DNA from: Haliotis cracherodii
Lineage: Eukaryota
DNA: 64,000 bases
NCBI RefSeq assembly: GCF_022045235.1
Contig: NW_027266275.1
Coordinates: 61,070,001-61,134,000 of the forward strand
Reading direction: 5' to 3'
Made by a program: the position numbers and the translations under genes. How positions within the stretch are numbered: the stretch's first letter is position 1; every line of letters begins with the position of its first letter. Under the pieces are notes generated by a model. It was not told the DNA's origin. It saw nothing but the letters and a program-made list of their open reading frames with translations, and did no database searches. Below, in pieces: positions 51,728 to 64,000 of this stretch.

Positions 51728-52751
51728 ATGCTGACATAAACGAATTAACGGACGTCATAAACTGGTTGCGTAAAAACAAAACAAAACAAAAACGCACAGT
51801 CTCTTTACCAATTTCGATCTGGATCTAAACTTCAGATCCAAACGGTTAACTTCTTCATTTGTATTGTATAGAAACCAATGTTGGGTAGAATAGTGTTGGC
51901 AGCAATATTCATTGTGTCAGCTGAACCAAAATAATCACTGTACGAATCGATTCCGCTCCTGTCAATGCAGTGTAACATAAAAGACAGTAACTCTCTTTCG
52001 CATAAGACTGTATATAGTATCAAGCTTGACATAAGCTATGAATAAAACTGTCCCTCAAAAATCAAGCTCGTCTTACCTCCTCCTTCACGCTTTACCGTCC
52101 TCAACTGATGTCAATTGCAAAATGCCAATCAGTAACATTGAGCACAGGTTGATTGGTGTCCGTGTCTGCGCATGTTCGGTTTATAGGCCGAATAGTCGAT
52201 GCATTGTTATCGACACAATAGTAAGCTTATTACATAGACAATTGTTCCAAGACAAGCGCGACTTGATCCCTGCTTGTCAAGAACCAAATACCAAGAATTA
52301 ATCTCATACCGCCAGAGACTATGGATAATGAAAGAGTTTCTAATTAATTTGTAACGTACATCGACACAATATCTGATAATAATTATGAGATGCAAAGTAT
52401 TTTTTTTATATATATTCAGGCTAGCTCAATAGAAACTTTGATACACGTTTATAGTATCCCCAAAATAAGTAGGAATAAACTGATATAGTAAAATGACATA
52501 AAACTAAATTACATTTGCTGTTTACATATGAAAGTTTGCTACATTGATAAAAAATGTAATATATAAATATACAATTGGCCAATTAAAACTGTTTAATCTC
52601 ACTCCACTTTATAATTAGTACTTTATTGTGCCAGAAAGTTAGAACCTCACTGTTCTTTCTCTCAACCCAACTCACTCACTCACACCTGTGCCTCGAAGTC
52701 ACAGAAGTGCACTAGTCAAATTCAGATCTGGTACAGCCTCTTCACACATCG

Positions 52752-53068
52752 GTGTTTAACGTCGCGTCCAAAATTTTTGCACTTATATAGCGACTGCATG
52801 TACGTGTGTGTGTTTGTGTGGCTGCTTGTACTAGTCCGGACTGATGCCGATTTGTAGTGCTAGCTCACTGAGATGCCATGCCGCAGTTCAGATACAGACA
52901 CAGTATACTGACTCCGAGCCGACCAGTCCTTGTTTTAGCCCCTTAATGTCGGAAAGGGTAACAACAAGTACCATCTTTTAACGTCTTTTGGTATGACGCA
53001 GTTGGGGATCGAACCCCGGACCTTCCGCTTTCCGGGCGGACGCTCTACCACTAGACCACGGAGGCGGT
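52752..53068 (-). mobile_element. tRNA-derived SINE family D, unit-3-specific
   Basis: Head ccgtggtctagtggtagagcg...ggttcgatccc; 14-bp TSD ctctt(c/t)acacatcg; empty sites near 10500 and 35472. Confidence 0.9.
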
Positions 53069-54570
53069 CTCTTTACACATCGAGACAGGAAGATTTAATA
53101 ATACACCAGTGAATGAAAGGTTTTGTTCTAATTGCCAAACTTTTATTGAAGATGAAATACATATTTTATTGAATTGTACTGTTTATAATGATGAGCGTCA
53201 ACCTCTTTTAGCACAATGCTGTGATGTGTATCCTGGTTTTAATACTCTGAAATACTCTTGAAAAAGTGTCTTTTGTTTTATCAAATAATGTTATGTGTAA
53301 TCTTAGTGCCAAAACCTGCCAAGCAATTTTACAAAAACATAAATCGGTTATTTATAACAAAGTGTGATATCTCTTTACTATTTCTATACGTTTGCTGTAC
53401 ATAATTTTAAACGTTTTAGTCTCTCATAACACGTACTGTATTGAGCATTGTTGAGTGGCCTAATTAATAATTTTATGTTGTTTTATATATGTTTGTAAAT
53501 TTTATACTGTATTACTCGGGTGAAACAATTATAGGTCTGTCTGTCTGCATTAATTTAATTAGTTTAAATAGTACATTAATTAGCCGACGCTCTACCACTG
53601 GACCAAGAGCGCAATCACGTAAATGGTGCTCGTTTAACCCGAACGCAGTTCAAAGAAGATTTGATACAAGAAAAAGAAAACTTGAATAAATATTATCTAA
53701 TTTAGATTAGGAACACCGACACGACGACACTATTTACAAATCGTATTAACGATATCGGTAACAATTATTATAGCAAAAACACCCAGAAAAGCAGGAAATA
53801 TTTGTCAGTACAGATTCTCCGAAGTGGTATGATAAAGAATGTTATGAACAGAGGAAAGAATTTAGATTATCTAAAAAGTGCTTGAAACGTTCATCTTCAT
53901 CTAACAAACAGAGACAGCATGTGCTACAGCGCCAGAGATTATATAAGAAGACAATAAGGATAAAATTTGTGCATCATAACTTGGTGACTTGAAAAATAAA
54001 TACTCAAGAGAATTCTGGAAAATTATTTATAAAGATAAAAGGAAAATACGCGATCGTGATCTAAATATATCAGATTTCTATGAACACTTCAAGGCTTTAC
54101 ATTCAGATATAAACTTTATAAATGTGACTGTGGAGGAAGAATTATTGAAAAATGCCTCAACTGAGTGTTATGGTACTTTAAATTCTCCAATAACGTTTAA
54201 GGTGTATACTTTAATATACTACTGGTATATTAAAAGACATGTATACGACTGTATGTAATCACACGAACAACTGGTATAGTAAAGTCTATATTGTCAGAGA
54301 ATGGCTATCACCATGTGTGGATTTAAACTTGTATCGTAAACGTTTCTTCCTTTTGTGAAGTACTGAGGCAGCGTCATAAGATAATTATATAACACCGTGG
54401 AATCGAGAATTAAGAGAATTGTCATATCTTTTATATAAACAGTTTAAGCCAATCTTTGGAATAGAAATTAAAGTATATAAGTAGTGTATTGATTTATAAT
54501 CATAGATTCGCACTTACTAGATTGAATTTATTATCTTATGCTCTCCTAACTGAAACTAGGGGACATGGTA

Positions 54571-55651
54571 GTGACGTAGTGCGTCTTTTTGGTGACGCAG
54601 ACGTCCTTTGGGTGTTACTACTTAATTGGGTGAATTAGCGGTAGTAGCGGTCACGACTGGCTATCACCTTGAAGAACAGAGAAGGCTGCTGAGTTGATGG
54701 CGTTTATTCGGAGGAAGCAGAGTCAAGAACATTTAATTATGATAACAAGATACTATGATACATGAAAACAAGTGTTCAGAGGTAGAGTTATATTCATATA
54801 ATCGTATACATATAATTATAATAATTCGATACAACACGTATGATCATAATAATAGTAGTATCGGCATACAAGAGATAATGACATGACTGTATAGATGTAC
54901 AATATATTGTATTTTAAGGTTTAAAAGATGGTTATAAAAAGGCATTTATTAAGAGAAAATATGTCTAGTAGAAAACAGTACACGGTCTCACGCTGTCATG
55001 CGTGGATATTTAACAACATACTGTTATAACAGACAATATAATATAATGTTGGCCGACTCAGTTTTCATTGCTACTAAGTTGCAGGCAAATCATTGTTATG
55101 AGTAAGTGTAACTGAATGTAGGAACGTACAAGTTATTGACATTGGTACACATACTCATATCGGGATGTTGCCGTGCAACTAGTATGCTAATATACAAAAA
55201 TATACGTTCGCGAGAGGAAGTATTGTCTGGATATTAAATCAATGATAATTTTCCCAACGCTAAGATATAGTCGAAATAGATCTAACCTACACCAATCATA
55301 TTAAGATCGTAGCTGACAGAATAAGTTAACAGTTAGGTCAATAATGTCTTACCTTGAAGAACAGAGAAGGCTGCTGAGTTGATGGCGTGGAAGTAGAGTG
55401 AAGTTTGCTACCACCGACCGCCGTATATATACAACTCAGGCCTTCATTACGCTACATAACTAAAGATCACAACATCCAAGGTGTCAGCGGTTGATCGGCT
55501 GTAACCATGGATGGTTGAGTCATTATTTAAGGATTTATTAAAGTAGCTTGTTATAGTGCCTAACTGACGGGATTACCTAAAAGTCGGGCCGGGCCGGGCC
55601 GGGCCAAAGTTTTATTGGCTAATTACTCCATTATCGGCGACCATACCTACA
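54571..55651 (-). mobile_element. Possible solo LTR or unidentified insertion
   Basis: On the minus strand: begins TGTAG, TATA-like tatatata near 55428, donor aag|gtaaga, AATAAA near 54705, and a 37-bp direct repeat. No TSD was found. Confidence 0.3.
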
Positions 55652-55814
55652 TATTATTGATGCAACATACACACATGACATTAATGAGCAATCAGAAACC
55701 AAAAACGTGCACCATATATAAGTGATTCGGAGTAAATCGCTTGAAAACCAGAAAGTGGAGCTGTGTGTAAGCATCGCTCATCGAACATGTTTGATAGGCA
55801 TTACTTTGAAGTTG

Positions 55815-56370
55815 GCGGATGACAAGTTAGACACAATTGTATGGATAACAACTTCTTTAATACTGTAAAAAGCGACGTTTCGGTATAGATCCTTATACCG
55901 TTGTCAAGCAAGACTGAATGAGGGACATAGTGCAGAATATATATAGCAAGTGGAGGATTAACAGTAGAGGATTAACAGTAACAACAAAGGCATACATGGG
56001 TGGGATAACATGGGTAGGTGTGACAACAAAGGATGGTGCTATCACAACACGATGGACAGAAAACACATAGCTACAAGCCAATGGGGCACGAAGCCAATAA
56101 ACAGGTGATTATTGTTTGATGAGTTCATAGTAGGCGGATGGGATGAAATAGCCTTGATCTCTGTTGATTGATGGCTTGTGGCGGCGAATGTGGACTGCTT
56201 CTGTTAGTTTTCTTTTGGTGAAATCATGGAGGTTTTTGGTGAGGATTTGGACGTTATCCCAGTTGATGTTGTGATTGGGACAGTTGATGATAGAATCAAA
56301 GAGCATAAAACCTCCACCATCAAATCCGACAGCAAATCAGCCATCTCGGACCATATCATCAACTGTCCCA
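55815..56370 (-). mobile_element. Penelope-like element 3' fragment (GIY-YIG C-terminus) with 5' inversion
   Basis: HNINWDNVQIL...RKLTEAVHIRRHKPSINRDQG on the minus strand; the preceding peptide RIKEHK...SAISDH is on the plus strand. Confidence 0.85.
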
Positions 56371-57284
56371 TCGTCTCACAATACGCTAATTTGATTATTC
56401 GATTACACTGAATTATACTGGAGAAACGTTTTTGCTTAACTTCAAGTCTTGTGTCTCATCAATCCTTCTCATAGCGTCCGTATATGCACGTTAAGTATGG
56501 AATTAATCCAAATTACACCTGTACTCAGCTTGCTTAATTGCCCCTTGTGTAATTGCAATCAAGTAGGTGTTGTGTAAATAATCAACCATTGGCCCTTAAT
56601 TAGCTGTCCCGAGCTTTTAGTGGTAGTTAATAGGGGGTGTTCTCACTTTGCCATGGCCAGTTCCTATTGTTCCAGGTTCCAGGTCACTGGAGCATGGTAA
56701 TCCCTTAAAACAACAGGTGCTACACCAAATTAGTTGCCCCCGATGGTTCCCTCCCTTAACGTAGACCTCCAAAATGCAGACCTCCCCAAAAGCAGTTAAA
56801 ATTAGCTCACTAATTAATTGGGCCATGCTGGTCACACCTAATTAATGAATGGACTGGTCCACTCCCCTGCTATGAGGAGTTATCAATATGTTGAGACAAT
56901 GAGCAGTAGTGGAAAACAACATTGTCTTACAAAAACTCCCCCTTTCTTTAATCTGCTCCCGGTACATCACAAATCTTATTCAAACATTACCTTTAAACAA
57001 GTTGTGGGATTTGTGTAAGAATATACCAAATGTTCTCAATCATATATTTGAACATGAGATTCAACCTCGTCCAATTAAGCTATGGCCGGACTTATGAAAG
57101 TTGAGTATGTCTTGTCCCAGAAAGGTGCCCCACATCACCATGTTCACCAGTATTAGACATACATGTTGACCAGTAATCACAGATAAATATGAATAGTGTT
57201 CATTTAATGAAATTAACAAACTAAACAATTTGAGTGAGTATGTATTCAAAGACGGATATAAAAAGGGAACTTTCATGTTGGAGT

Positions 57285-60200
57285 ATAACCTCGCCAACCA
57301 CTTTTCGGCAGTAAGCAGTAACAACAACTTTAGCCAAAAATTTCAAGATAAACTTAAAACAGAAAAGAAATCCACCAAAGAACCAAATAATGACAACCTA
57401 GAAATAAACCACCCTTACACAATTGAGGAGCTACTCTACGTCATCCAAAACAGGAAAAAGGACACAGCCCCAGGATTGGACCTAACTTCCAACCAAATAA
57501 TTAAAAAACTCCCCCCTAAACTACTCCAGGCACTACTTAAACTATACAATCTCATCTATCAAAACGGACAAGTACCTCCCCCCTGGAAACAGGCCTTAGT
57601 CATACCAATCCCTAAACCTAATAAACCAGCTAATCAGACTAACTCCTATAGACCAATCTCCTTAACTTCAAACTTATGTAAAGTAATGGAATCTATGGCT
57701 AAAAACAGACTACAACATTACCCAACTCAAAATAACATCGTAAACCCAGATCAAAGTGGTTTCACTCCTGGCCGCTCAACCTTAGATAACCTCGCCCTTT
57801 TAGAGCAGGACATTAAAACAGGACAATTCAGCAAACAATATACTACAGGCATCTTCATAGACTTCTCCAAAGCTTTCGACATGGTATGGCGCGACAGGCT
57901 AATACAAGAACTACAAAAAATAGGACTCAAAGGTCAAATAATAAACTACATCCAGGACTTCCTAAACAATCGTAAAATAACCGTGGGTATAGACCAAACG
58001 CTATCGGACCAATGTCCCCTAGAAAATGGCACTCCCCAGGGCAGTATCCTCAGCCCCACACTCTTCAATATAATGATAAATGATCTATTCGAGGGCCTAT
58101 CCCCTAAAATAAACATATCTAAATTTGCGGATGATGGAGCCCTCTGGATCCGCACAAAAAGCATTAAAATGGCCCAAAACCTACTTAAAAAATCTCTAAA
58201 CAAAATACAGCAATGAGCTGACAAATGGGGCTTCTCCCTCAACTCGGAAAAAACTACAGGAATAGTATTTAAACACAAAAACATGAAATCCGCCACCCCA
58301 AAACTCCAGCTAAACAACAAACCAATCCAATTCCTAAAACAAACCAAATTCTTAGGACTATTTTTCGATGAACATCACCCCGGACGCTCACATAAATAAT
58401 CTAATAACTAAATATAGCAAAGATCTAAACACGCTAAGATGCCTAACTGGCTCAAACTGGGGGGCCTCCAAAGACACCCTCCTCTCACTCTATATATCAC
58501 TAATTAGATCTAAAATAGACTACGGATGTGCCAATACGACACCCTAAACAAATCCCTAAGCCAAAAAACTAGACTCAATCCAATATCAGGCTCTAAAACT
58601 AATAACACGCACTCAACATGGTACCTCCTACACTTCACTCCAGGCCTTAACAGGAGAAATGCCACTAAATCTACGCAGGGAACAATTAACCCTAAATTTC
58701 TGGGCCGCGTCTCAATCCAACCCCCTAATCCAAAACCTAATAAACAAAAATATCAGCCACGAAAAACCAAGCCCTAGCTCGAAAACACCCTCTACTTACT
58801 CCAATATCCCAAAGAATAACCAATTACTTAAATGAACACCAAATAAACAATCTTAAACAAAACTGTAAAAAATCAAATATCTTCACCCCGAAACTTAAAA
58901 CACCCAAAATAGACACAACACTAGCTAGCACAATAAATAAACAAACAGACCCAAACATAGCAAAAACCACCACACTAGCATACATACATGAAAATTGGCC
59001 AAATTGGTGTCACATTTACACAGACGGATCCTCAGATCCGATCTCCAAACACACAGGTTTCGGAGTCCACATCACACAACCAACTAAAGCCACACAATCC
59101 TACCGACTCCCAAACAATCAATCAATATTCACGGCCAAACTAATGGGCATGGCCTCAGCCCTTCATAATCAACAATCTAAAAAACAACAAAAAATCCTAA
59201 TACTTACCGACTCGCTCAGTGGCCTACAAGCCCTCCAAAATAAAAACACCAAAAACCGCCCTGAACTAATAAATCAAATACTAAAAAGCTCAAAAGATTT
59301 AACTAATAGTATTCATTTGGATCCCCGCCCACGTAGGAATATACGGCAATGAAAACGCCGATAAAGCAGCTAAACTATCCCTTAAAAGGGGGCACGGGTG
59401 GCCCAGTCATCTAAGGCGCCGCGATTCGCTGTGCAGAGTTGCACCCCTTGGGCACGCCAGAAACCTATGATTGTGGGTTCGAATCCCGGTTCGCCCCGAT
59501 TATGTTTCTAGGTTTGTCAGCACCATACCCGTGATCGTGGGTTTCACCAAAGCGGTAAACGTCTGAGACCTGCATCACTTCGGGCTTTCCTCCCACATAA
59601 AGCTGACACGCCGTGATATGACTGGAATACTGTTAAAAGCGGCGTTAAACCCAACTCACTCACTCACTCACTCACTATCCCTTAAAATCCCAGAAACAAG
59701 CTTAAACTTACCCATCTCAAAATCAGAAATTAAAAGTGTCAACAAACATAAAATCACCAAAAATGGCATAACCTATATTAAAACTCAAATAGCCAAATCA
59801 AAAAGGTTCTAAAAAAACCCTAACCAAACCAAAAATTCTACATCCGTCCAAAAAAATCGACAGAGTAATCACTAAACTCCAAACAGGACATACCAACCTA
59901 AATAACCACCTCAAAATAATAAGAAAACACGCAACAGGAACCTGCCCACATTGCAAACAACAAGAAACCCCAGAACACGCACTCATACACTGCACCCAGT
60001 ACCTAACACGCCGAACTACACTACAAACCACCCTAAATCTAAATAAGGCTCTTACTCTAGAAGCAGTCCTAAACCCACAAAATAAAATAGAAAAATTCAA
60101 AGCCTTAGGCGTATACTTAATCAAAACAGGACTAATAAATCACATTTAAAACCCCCATAAACTACCAAAACCAAACCACATAATCAAACTAACAAACTTC

Positions 60201-60422
60201 CATACTCAGCTCCCTTAGTTCGCCCCCAAACCCTCTTGTCATTTTTTCCAAACCTCAAAATTTCCAAAATTCTATATAAGCAACCACTAAAACACCCCTA
60301 CTGGATTGCCAAACAACTTTTCCCCCTTTTCGGAAACACATTAAATGGCTTGGCCGGGCCCGTGTGCGAAATACGCTGCAGTCGGAAAGCGCACGTAAAA
60401 TCTCCAATATAAGTAAGTAAGT
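57285..60422 (+). mobile_element. 5'-truncated I/Nimb-group LINE (RT + RNase H + CCHC), decayed
   Basis: YRPISLTS, QSGF, DFSKAFD, GTPQGS, FADD; RNase H YTDGS, TDSLS, WIPAHVG; CPHC...HALIHC; (AAGT)n tail; 10-bp TSD atgttggagt (57275 / 60423). Confidence 0.92.
59388..59673 (+). mobile_element. SINE family C inside the I/Nimb LINE
   Basis: 14-bp TSD actatcccttaaaa; same family as 9380-9637. Confidence 0.93.
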
Positions 60423-60442
60423 ATGTTGGAGTTCATTGTAAA

Positions 60443-62025
60443 ATGGCCAATGCTCAGGTACAGCTGCAATTCATCCAAATTCGCGTGGTGGCCAGAGTTT
60501 AGTTTATGAAGGTCACAAGTTCAGAGTTAAGACAAGGAGACGCGAGACAGTTCACTGGAAGTGATGTAAGGCTGGATGTCCTGCAACGATCAACACCGCT
60601 GACAGCCTCATCACCATTTCAAGAATATCCACAACCATCTTCGAGATCCTGCTAGACTGAAAGTAGATACTTTCATTGCCAATATGAAGGACCTTGTCCG
60701 AACAGACTACAGACCAGTGCCTAGTATATTTCAAGAGGAACTTAACAGTAACTAATCAATTTAAATTTTCTTATTAAAATAATATGTTTGCATTCATAAA
60801 TCCTTGCCTTCAAGGCATAGCATAGCAGTGTTTTTCAATGTCAGGTTTATTTTATTTTTCAATGTCAGGTTTATTTGAATTTGTGACATTTTTCTCAGAT
60901 TTAGAGAATATTACTTAATGAGTAATATCTGTTATGCAGTGTTTTTTATTATTATATTGTTTTTTCAGAGCTGAGAACAACTGAGGCTGATGACATCCTG
61001 CAGACCGTTCCTACCCTCTACAGCGTTGGCGCCAGTCTATACCGTGCCAGAGCCAAGACACTTCCACCTTTGCCAAAACAACGACAGGATATCCAACTGC
61101 CTGACAGCTACCAGAGAACCGTCAGCAGCCAAGATTTCCTGCTTCACACCGAAGACGACAATAAGCTCATGATCTTTGCCACATCCCAGAATATTCGTCA
61201 TCTTTCAGCTTCCAATGTGTACTCCTGCGATGGAACATTCTGTATGTGCCCCAGCCGCTTCTACCAGATATACACCATCAATGCCTGTGTCCACAACAAG
61301 ATGGTCCCTCTGGTGTTTGCCCTGCTACCAGACAAGAAACAATCCACTTATCTACGTCTGTTTACCATCTTGAACCAGATGAACCTCCAGCTACAGCCCA
61401 ACTTCGTCTCCACTGACTTTGAAACCGCAGCCCAAAATGCCGCCAAGATAGAATTCCCATGCCAGATTAAGGGGTGTATGTTTCACTTCAGACAAGCAGT
61501 ATGGAAGAATGTGCAATGTTGTGGACTTCAGGTAGCATTTCAGAACAATCCATCAGTGAATCGTTTATCCGTCATGCAGCAGCACTTCCACTTCTCCGAC
61601 TTTGTGGCATCGAAGACTTCTGGCTCCATGCTTTGGAATCGGTTGATATGGACATCCCTGGTGTAAGGAACTTTGCTGACTATGTGACTGAGCAGTGGGT
61701 GGATGGTGGAGAGAGATTCATGTGGAATCATTTCGACACTGTAGGTCCAAGGACAACAAACCATGTAGAAGTATGGCATTCGAAGTTGTCCAAACTTGCT
61801 GCTTGTCACTCCAACATATTTAAGTTTGCGAACCTGATCAAGTCCGAACAGAACTCTGCAGAGTTGACGGTGATGCAGCTGAATGCAGGTGGAATTGTTA
61901 GACCCACGAAGAAGGTGTACCGCCAGCTAGAGGAAAGGTTAGAGCAGCAAAAGAGACTACTTGTGACAGGTGTCACAACCACCCTGATCTATGGAGACAA
62001 TGTCTCACATCTTGTCGGACTATAA
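60443..62025 (+). pseudogene. MULE/Mutator transposase with FLYWCH-like N-terminus, one intron (about 60748-60968), frameshifted
   Basis: RGGQSLVYEGHKF..HWK*CKAGCPATI; DGTF, TDFE, GCMFHFRQA and RTTNHVEVWH motifs. Confidence 0.85.
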
Positions 62026-62491
62026 ATTGGATGATATGTTTCATATGTTGTTTGACTTTGGAAGCTGTGTGAAATAAAAGATGAATGTAAAACTTTGTTT
62101 TTTGGTTTCTTTTTTTAGTTAATATAACATATTTATTGACTGTTGAATGTGTTGCAAATAATACTTGAACCTGACATTCTTTTAGTTAATAGCGTACCGT
62201 TTCGTTGATAACTTATGCATTTGTTGAGGCTAATTAACAAAACCCATTTATATTTACTTTTGAACTTCCGTTAACATGTCTGTCCTAAAATGCTTCCAGA
62301 ATACTTTTGTAAGCCATGATAGTGTCGTGTCCCTCACAAATACGAAATAAAGTTATAACATATCGCCATATTGGTATGAAAAATACTATTCCATAAATCA
62401 TCCTATCACTGGCCACTGACAAACATTAGCAGTATTAGAATAAGAAACTTAATTAAATACAGTATGACGTGATGATGTGTAAGCATACAGA

Positions 62492-63762
62492 AAGTCGGAC
62501 CCAACACAAGCCAAACACTTCTGATAGAGACTATGTTGAAAATGTAGAGGGAAAAGGGCTTCACTTTGAGCACCTTGTTTTCCATAAATACTGCGATCTG
62601 TGACATTATAAAGTGGTATATAGGTAGATATAACACTAATCTATAGATGTGAACACATTTGAAGATACATCTGTGTGTTTAAAGTTGATATTGACAGCCC
62701 GGGCCAAGTCGGACCCAACACAAGCCATTATAAAGTGGTATATAGGTAGATATAACACTAATCTATAGATGGAAACACATTTGATGATACATCTGTGAGG
62801 TTTAAGTTAATTTTGACAGCCCGGGCTAAGTTGGACCGAACACTTCTGACATAGATTTTCTTAAGAAAATACAGTAAAAGTGCTTGTCTTTAACGGACCA
62901 GTTTCCTATACACTGTGACATTATAAAGTGGTATATAGGTAGATATAATACTAATCTATAGATATGAACACATTTGAAGATACATCTGTGTGTTTAAAGT
63001 TGATTTTGACAGCCCGGGCTAAGTCGGACCCAACACAAGCCAAACACTTCTAATAGAGGCTATGTTGAGAATGTAGAGGGAAAAGGGCTTCACTTTGAGC
63101 ACCTTGTTTTTATCTAATACTGCGATCTGGGACATTATAAAGTGGTATATAGGTAGATATAACACTAATCCATAGATGTAAATACATTTGAAGATACATC
63201 TGTGTGTTTAAAGTTGATTTTGACAGCCCGGGCTAATTCGGACCCAACACAAGCCAAACACTTCTGATAGAGACTATGTTGGGAATGTAGAGGGAAAAAG
63301 GGCTTCACGTTGAGCCCCTTTTTTTCTTTTAAGTACAAGGATCTGAGACACTATAAAGTGGTATATAGATAGATATGATACTAGTCTATAGAGGTGAATC
63401 CATTTGATGATACATCTGTGAGGTTTAAGTTGATTTTGACAGCTCGGGCCAAGTTGTACCGAACACTTCTGACACTTCTGAAGAAAATAAAGTAAAACTA
63501 CTTGTCTTTAACGGACCAGTTTTCTTTAAATGCGATACACTGTGACATCATAAAGTGGTATATGGGTAGATATGATACTAATCTATATAGATGTAAACAC
63601 ATAAGAAGATACATCTGTGTGTTTAAAGTTGATTTTGACAGCCCGGGCCAAGTCGTACACAACACAAGCCAAATACTTCTGATAGAGACTATGTTGAGAA
63701 TTTAGAGGGAAAAAGGCTTCACTCTGAGCACCTTGTTTTCTTTAAGTACAGCGATCTGAGAC
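62492..63762. repeat. Complex tandem repeat of about 120-216 bp, about 6 units
   Basis: cattataaagtggtatataggtagat recurs near 62603, 62726, 62918, 63132, 63348 and 63545. Confidence 0.9.
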
Positions 63763-64000
63763 TAGTTTTGCTGATGTTAACCTCCATTTTCCATTGATGG
63801 CAGTATTTTTCAAAAATATTCAGAGCTTTTTGTAATTCATCTGGTGATTCAGCTAATAATACTGTGTCATCAGCATATAGTAAGATTAGTAGTTTAACGT
63901 AAGTATTTAACTGATTGCTGAACTCGTTACTGACTAGCTGCAGTCCTTGGAATTCTTTTTCTGCTAGAAATGCTTCTAAGTCATTCAGGTAAATAGAGAA
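63763..64000 (-). mobile_element. LINE reverse-transcriptase fragment (runs off the window)
   Basis: Manual translation: FSIYLNDLE...LLILLYADDTVLLAESPDELQKALN...WKMEVNISKT. Confidence 0.85.

Larger units (their letters stand above)
45678..54570. repeat. Segmental duplication unit 3 (internally deleted, truncated)
   Basis: Colinear with units 1/2 to about 52385. It then jumps: about 52684 corresponds to unit-1 about 10444, and about 54195 skips unit-1 about 11595-13086. Homology is lost after ...ggggacatggtagt. Confidence 0.9.

Noticed and set aside
55352-55388. Spliced-leader RNA gene
   Set aside because: There is an exon-like 37-mer plus a GT donor, but no clear Sm site, no tandem SL array and no transcript evidence.
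57230-58216. Active or domesticated reverse transcriptase gene
   Set aside because: It is 5'-truncated, has an in-frame stop right after the RT core and later frameshifts, and carries a SINE insertion.

Overview
AT-rich, repeat-dense animal genomic DNA. It is not prokaryotic; the SINE/LINE repertoire suggests a gastropod such as abalone (inference). The core is a tandem segmental triplication, with units starting near 1, 24467 and 45678; unit 3 is rearranged and ends near 54570. Each unit carries an intact minus-strand GT11 alpha-1,2-fucosyltransferase gene. I propose a 16-nt coding micro-exon about 2.5-3 kb upstream that supplies the N-terminus. Sequence comparison shows the middle unit is a mosaic: its coding side resembles unit 3, its upstream side resembles unit 1, and the switch lies near 29600-29695. 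This is either an unequal-crossover chimera that swaps the promoter, or a haplotype mis-join. Replacements between the FUT paralogs cluster at catalytic motifs. The rest is nested mobile DNA: several decayed CR1/L2-like LINEs, one carrying an 82- versus 12-copy 52-bp minisatellite inside ORF1; a second 52-bp minisatellite at a SINE junction; four SINE families with target-site duplications (TSDs); a piggyBac-like MITE; Penelope remnants; an RNase H-bearing I/Nimb-like LINE inserted at the promoter of a decayed MULE transposase; and a satellite of about 200 bp. No CRISPR, rRNA or true tRNA genes were found.
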